Shown here one piece after another: positions 35,815 to 40,000 of a DNA stretch of 40,000 nt (position 1 is the first letter of the stretch; every line of letters begins with the position of its first letter). A model generated the notes under the pieces. It was not told the DNA's origin. It ran no database searches and saw only the letters and a program-made list of their open reading frames with translations. The position numbers and the translations under genes are program-made. The DNA is from Serratia sp. NPDC078593. GTDB taxonomy: Bacteria; Pseudomonadota; Gammaproteobacteria; Enterobacterales; Enterobacteriaceae. The stretch spans positions 258,579 through 298,578 of the forward strand of contig NZ_JBNNGK010000005.1 in the NCBI RefSeq assembly GCF_050268245.1. Reading direction: 5' to 3'.

Positions 35815-35836
35815 TTGCTTAATTTGGGGTAGGTAA

Positions 35837-38140
35837 ATGTCTCAGTCACCGTCAGGATTATTGCTACGCATCAGTGGCAAGGTTCAGGGCGTCGGGTTTC
35901 GGCCGTTTGTCTGGCAAGTGGCAACCCAGTTGGGCCTGCGCGGCGAAGTCTGGAACGACAGCGCCGGAGTTGAAATTCGCCTGGTGCAGCCGGTCGATAG
36001 CGCGCTGTTTCTACGGCAGCTACGCCAGCAAACCCCGGCGCTGGCGCGGATTGATGACATTGATATGCGGCAATTTAGCTGGTTGCAGCCGCCGCAGGAT
36101 TTTGCCATTTGTCGGAGCGTGCCAAGTTCAATGGCGACGCAAATCATTCCTGATGCCGCAACCTGCCCCGACTGTCTGCGGGAAATGAACGATCCGCACG
36201 ATCGTCGCTACCGCTATCCCTTTATCAACTGTACCCATTGTGGTCCGCGTTTTACCCTGATTAACGCCATGCCTTACGATCGGCCAGCGACCAGTATGGC
36301 GTCTTTTGCCCTGTGCCCAACCTGCGCGCAGGAATATCACTCACCGCAGGATCGGCGCTTCCACGCTCAACCGGTGGCCTGCGAACGGTGCGGGCCGCAG
36401 CTCTTTAGCTGCCAAGCCGACGGTCGCCCGCTCAACCATGGGGACATGGCACTGCAACAGGCAGCCACGCAGATCTGCGCCGGAGAAATCGTCGCTATTA
36501 AAGGGTTGGGCGGGTTTCATTTAGCCTGTGACGCGACCCATCAGCAGGCAGTTATGCGCCTGCGCGAACGTAAACGGCGGCCAACTAAACCGTTCGCGGT
36601 GATGTTGCCGGACAGTGATTGGCTTTCTAGCTGTACCCACAGCTCGGCGCTGGCGCAATTGAGCGACACGTTGCTCAGTGCTGCGGCACCGATCGTTTTA
36701 GTGCCCAAACGCGCCCACAGCACGCTGTGCGATGCCATCGCACCGCAGTTGAATGAAGTCGGCGTGATGCTGCCGTCCAATCCGCTGCACCATCTATTGA
36801 TGCAGCGCGTACAACGGCCGCTGGTGATGACGTCCGGTAATGCAAATGGTCATGCACCGGCGTTAACCGCGCAACAAGCGCTCGATGATTTAGCCCAGAT
36901 TGCCGATCTGTGGCTGATGCATAACCGCCCGATCGTGCAACGTGCCGATGATTCGCTGTTGCGTCAACAACCACAGGGCCTTGAAATGCTGCGCCGCTCA
37001 CGCGGTTATGTGCCAGATGCCCTGCCGCTGCCGCCGGGCTTCCCCGCTCAGCCCCCATTATTGGCGGTGGGCGGCGATCATAAAAATACCTTTTGTCTGG
37101 TGCGGGGTAAGGAAGCGATCCTCAGCCAACATTTCGGTGAGTTGGCGCAGCCCGATGTGCAACAACAATGGCAGCAGGCTATCGCACATTTTTTGACGCT
37201 TTATCACTGCCAGCCGCAGCGCATTGTCGCCGATGCCCATCCCGATTATGTCAGCCACCGCTGGGCGCAACGCCAATCGTTGCCGTTGACCACCGTATTG
37301 CATCATCACGCGCATCTCGCCGCCTGTCTGGCGGAACATCAATGGCCGCTTGACGGCGGCATGGTGATAGGTTTGGCGCTAGACGGGTTGGGGTACGGTG
37401 AAAACGGCCAACTGTGGGGCGGCGAATGCCTACTGGTGGATTATCGTCACTGCCGTTCGCTTGGCGGTTTACCTGCGGTGGCGTTGCCGGGGGGCGATTG
37501 CGCAGCGCGCGAGCCGTGGCGCAATTTACTGGCCCATTGCGCGCGATTCGTCGCGGGTTGGCAGCGGCTACCGGAAACACAAGTGCTGCTGCAACGACCG
37601 TGGCAACCGCTGCTGAAGGCGATCGACGCCGGTATTAATGCGCCGCTGGTCTCCTCATGCGGCCGTCTGTTTGATGCGGCCGCAACGGCATTAGGCTGCA
37701 CGCCGTGGCAGCTCAGTTGGGAGGGGGAAGCAGCCTGCCACCTCGAAGCCTTGGCGCATCAAGCCATTCATCGTCGCCATCCGTTGCACCTTCCCCTTAA
37801 AGATAATCGGCTCGATCTTGCGACCTTCTGGCCACAATTTCTCGGTTGGCGCACGCCCGCCGCCGAACGTGCCTGGGCATTCCACGATGCCTTGGCTCAG
37901 GGGTTCGCGACGCTGGTCAAGCGTATGGCGGCGCAATACGGCATTCATCAAGTGGCACTCAGCGGCGGCGTGTTGCATAACCGGCTGTTGCGCCAGCGCT
38001 TAGTTCATCATCTGGCGCCGCTCAACCTGATGCTGCCGCAGCACATCCCCGCCAACGACGGCGGGTTGGCCTTCGGCCAGGCGATGATTGCCTGCGCGCA
38101 GCAGTCTCCCCTTTCTTCTTCTCTTTCTGACAGGATCTAA
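35837..38140 (+). CDS. hypF: Carbamoyltransferase HypF
   Basis: Acylphosphatase domain [13 protein letters not shown]; two Zn-finger pairs CPDC...CTHCGPRFT and CPTC...CERCGPQL; YrdC-like and Kae1-like regions. 767 aa. Confidence 0.95.
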   Translation: MSQSPSGLLLRISGKVQGVGFRPFVWQVATQLGLRGEVWNDSAGVEIRLVQPVDSALFLRQLRQQTPALARIDDIDMRQFSWLQPPQDFAICRSVPSSMATQIIPDAATCPDCLREMNDPHDRRYRYPFINCTHCGPRFTLINAMPYDRPATSMASFALCPTCAQEYHSPQDRRFHAQPVACERCGPQLFSCQADGRPLNHGDMALQQAATQICAGEIVAIKGLGGFHLACDATHQQAVMRLRERKRRPTKPFAVMLPDSDWLSSCTHSSALAQLSDTLLSAAAPIVLVPKRAHSTLCDAIAPQLNEVGVMLPSNPLHHLLMQRVQRPLVMTSGNANGHAPALTAQQALDDLAQIADLWLMHNRPIVQRADDSLLRQQPQGLEMLRRSRGYVPDALPLPPGFPAQPPLLAVGGDHKNTFCLVRGKEAILSQHFGELAQPDVQQQWQQAIAHFLTLYHCQPQRIVADAHPDYVSHRWAQRQSLPLTTVLHHHAHLAACLAEHQWPLDGGMVIGLALDGLGYGENGQLWGGECLLVDYRHCRSLGGLPAVALPGGDCAAREPWRNLLAHCARFVAGWQRLPETQVLLQRPWQPLLKAIDAGINAPLVSSCGRLFDAAATALGCTPWQLSWEGEAACHLEALAHQAIHRRHPLHLPLKDNRLDLATFWPQFLGWRTPAAERAWAFHDALAQGFATLVKRMAAQYGIHQVALSGGVLHNRLLRQRLVHHLAPLNLMLPQHIPANDGGLAFGQAMIACAQQSPLSSSLSDRI

Positions 38141-38141
38141 C

Positions 38142-39164
38142 ATGAATTACCGTGAGTTTTTTCAGACCAACACCCGCGCCTTTTGGCTGCTATGGGCGCT
38201 GATTGCCATTAATCTTCTAGCATGGGCGGCGGCATTTACCGCGTTTCGTCATCATTCAGCGTTAATGGCGGCCGCGCTGTTAGCTTACAGTTATGGATTG
38301 CGTCACGCGGTCGATGCCGACCACATTGCTGCTATCGACAACGTCACGCGTAAGCTGATGCAACAGGGGCAGCGGCCGGTTTCGGTCGGCGCTTTTTTCT
38401 CACTCGGCCATTCGAGCATCGTGATTCTGGCCTGCGCCGCCATTGCCGCCACCTCGTTGGCATTTGGCAACCGCATCGGTTGGCTACATGACTACGGCTC
38501 TACCATCGGCACCCTGGTTTCCTCACTGTTCTTATTGGCGATGGCCGTGCTCAATGGCCTGATTCTGCGTGACGTTTATCGTACGTTTCGGCGGGTCAAA
38601 ATGGGGGAAACGCTTACGGATCAGGCACTGACGCATCAGTCCGGCGGCTTGATGACGCGCCTGTTCCGCGTGACCTTCAATACGGTAAATAAAAGCTGGC
38701 ACATGTATTTAGTCGGATTTTTATTTGGTCTCGGGTTTGATACCGCCACCGAAGTCGGTCTGTTGGGGATTTCTGCCGCCGGTGCGGGTTCGGGTCTGTC
38801 GGTTTGGTCAATCATGTTGTTCCCGCTGTTGTTCGCCAGCGGTATGGCGCTAGTCGATTCATTGGATAATTTCGTCATGATCGGCGCTTACGGCTGGGCA
38901 TTCAATAAACCGGTGCGCAAGCTGTATTACAACATGACCATCACCGCAACCAGCGTGGCGATTGCCGTATTGATTGGGGGCTTGGAAGGGTTGGGGTTAT
39001 TGGCGGAAAAGCTGAACCTTCACGGCACACTCTGGGACGGCATTGCCCTATTGAATGACAATATGGGGAGCGTCGGTTATGCCGCTATCGCACTGTTCAT
39101 CCTGTTTTGGGCACTGTCTGCACTTAACTATCGCCGCAAAAATTACGATGCCTTAGCCAGCTAA
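38142..39164 (+). CDS. NiCoT-family (HoxN/HupN/NixA) high-affinity nickel/cobalt permease
   Basis: Signature RHAVDADHIAAIDN (HX4DH) in TM2 and LGFDTATEV in a later TM. ATG 38142 lies 1 nt after the hypF stop. Confidence 0.9.
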   Translation: MNYREFFQTNTRAFWLLWALIAINLLAWAAAFTAFRHHSALMAAALLAYSYGLRHAVDADHIAAIDNVTRKLMQQGQRPVSVGAFFSLGHSSIVILACAAIAATSLAFGNRIGWLHDYGSTIGTLVSSLFLLAMAVLNGLILRDVYRTFRRVKMGETLTDQALTHQSGGLMTRLFRVTFNTVNKSWHMYLVGFLFGLGFDTATEVGLLGISAAGAGSGLSVWSIMLFPLLFASGMALVDSLDNFVMIGAYGWAFNKPVRKLYYNMTITATSVAIAVLIGGLEGLGLLAEKLNLHGTLWDGIALLNDNMGSVGYAAIALFILFWALSALNYRRKNYDALAS

Positions 39165-39383
39165 GGCGTAGAAGTAAAACCTGCGCAAACCGTACGACAT
39201 GCCCATCGATCATAGCGCCCTCACGTTTCCTGCGTCGGGGGCTTAATGTCTTTTTCCGTAGCGCAGCGTAAATCAGACATCATTTGATACATAATCTGCA
39301 TACGTCACCGCATTTTCTCCACATTTGCTGTTCAGACTCTTGGCGATATTTTTTAACCACTTACAGTTTATTTTACGGTTGCC

Positions 39384-40000
39384 ATGTCATTGCTAAACTC
39401 CTTTGTTCGTCTGCCGCTTGTCGCCCTCGCCGTACTGAGTATGATGCTGGCCTTTTCTGCGGCACATGCCGCTGCCCCGTTATCGCTGCACTCTCGCGCC
39501 GTGTTGGTGGTCAACGCCAACAGCGGCAAAACGCTGTATCAAAAACAGGCTAACCGCAGGATGCCTATTGCGTCGTTGACCAAGTTAATGACCTCGATGG
39601 TGGTGCTGGATAATAAGCGACCGCTAGGCAATAAAGTCAAAGTGACCGCCGCTGACCGTGATTTGCTCAAGAAAACCCATTCGCGGCTGACCATTGGCTC
39701 CTCACTGAGCCGCCGCGATATGTTGCATATTGCGTTAATGTCTTCAGAAAATCGGGCAGCGGCGGCGTTAAGCCGTTACTACCCCGGAGGCCGAAAGGCA
39801 TTTGTGGCGAAGATGAACCAAAAAGCGCGCGCGATTGGCATGAAACACAGTCGTTTTTACGATCCCACCGGGCTGACGCCGCGCAATGTCTCCACCGCGC
39901 GCGATTTGCTAAAAATGGTCAACAAGGCTTACCGTTATCAAACCATCCGTAAGTTCAGCACCGATACACGGCAGATTGTGCGCCCCGGGCGCGGGCAATT
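39384..40000 (+). CDS. pbpG: D-alanyl-D-alanine endopeptidase PBP7 (PbpG), 5' part; continues beyond the window
   Basis: Manual translation (not in the ORF track because there is no stop in the window): signal peptide, then MPIASLTKLMTSMVVLD (SxxK) and ALMSSENRAAAALSRYYPGG (SxN), paralleling E. coli PbpG. Confidence 0.8.
   Translation, partial: MSLLNSFVRLPLVALAVLSMMLAFSAAHAAAPLSLHSRAVLVVNANSGKTLYQKQANRRMPIASLTKLMTSMVVLDNKRPLGNKVKVTAADRDLLKKTHSRLTIGSSLSRRDMLHIALMSSENRAAAALSRYYPGGRKAFVAKMNQKARAIGMKHSRFYDPTGLTPRNVSTARDLLKMVNKAYRYQTIRKFSTDTRQIVRPGRGQ

Noticed and set aside
21606-37978. Dozens of 60-250-aa ORFs on both strands inside the hyp/hyc/fdhF/hypF genes (e.g. 23518..24105, 28373..28939, 30297..31055, 31442..31939, 34968..35498, 36675..37058)
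   Set aside because: All overlap strongly supported genes in other frames. They have Arg/Ala/Gly/Pro-rich low-complexity translations typical of stop-poor off-frames in GC-rich DNA, and none has a recognisable motif or RBS.
39284-39553. 89-aa ORF from the track upstream of and overlapping the last gene
   Set aside because: A different frame starting at 39384 gives a signal peptide plus clear PBP7/PbpG motifs and stays open to the window end. The listed ORF is an off-frame artefact.
1-40000. CRISPR arrays, tRNA/rRNA genes, IS elements, integrases, prophage genes
   Set aside because: Scanning by eye found no regularly spaced repeats, no cloverleaf-like segments, no transposase or integrase-like translations and no long terminal inverted repeats. 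A tRNAscan/ISfinder run would be needed to be certain.

Overview
This looks like an Enterobacterales chromosomal segment. All homology calls come from reading the translations against remembered family motifs and E. coli sequences; no search was run, and the taxon cannot be named.

The right half (18.9-39.2 kb) is a complete, consolidated formate hydrogenlyase (FHL, hydrogenase-3) regulon. fhlA-hypEDCBA lies on the minus strand. It is divergent from hycABCDEFGHI-hydN-fdhF-hypF and a HoxN/NixA-type nickel importer on the plus strand. The regulon has three sigma54 -24/-12 promoters and three clusters of a shared TGTCGA...CGTCA upstream motif. fdhF encodes Cys (TGC) where E. coli has selenocysteine.

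The left half is a mosaic:
- an AcrB-like RND pump gene broken by a frameshift in an A7 run, preceded by an ATPase-less ABC-type membrane protein and a divergent TetR gene with a duplicated operator
- an Rrf2 regulator, osmB and a yagU-like gene
- tandem extra copies of PBP2-like and PBP3-like transpeptidases with no SEDS partner
- a DUF1311 protein, a GNAT acetyltransferase and nudI
- a partial pbpG at the right edge

Two strongly AT-rich islets stand out.
1. 16.85-18.56 kb holds two minus-strand genes. One encodes a GIY-YIG-like protein and the other an Mrr-like PD-(D/E)xK protein, each fused to an unrecognisable domain. No methylase, NTPase or mobility gene accompanies them. This is my best candidate for an undescribed nuclease-based defence module.
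2. 11.2-14.5 kb holds three genes: a lycopene-cyclase-family flavoprotein, a eukaryote-type squalene synthase and a type-1 IPP isomerase. It looks like an orphan triterpenoid mini-cluster.

I found no tRNA, rRNA, CRISPR array, IS element or integrase.
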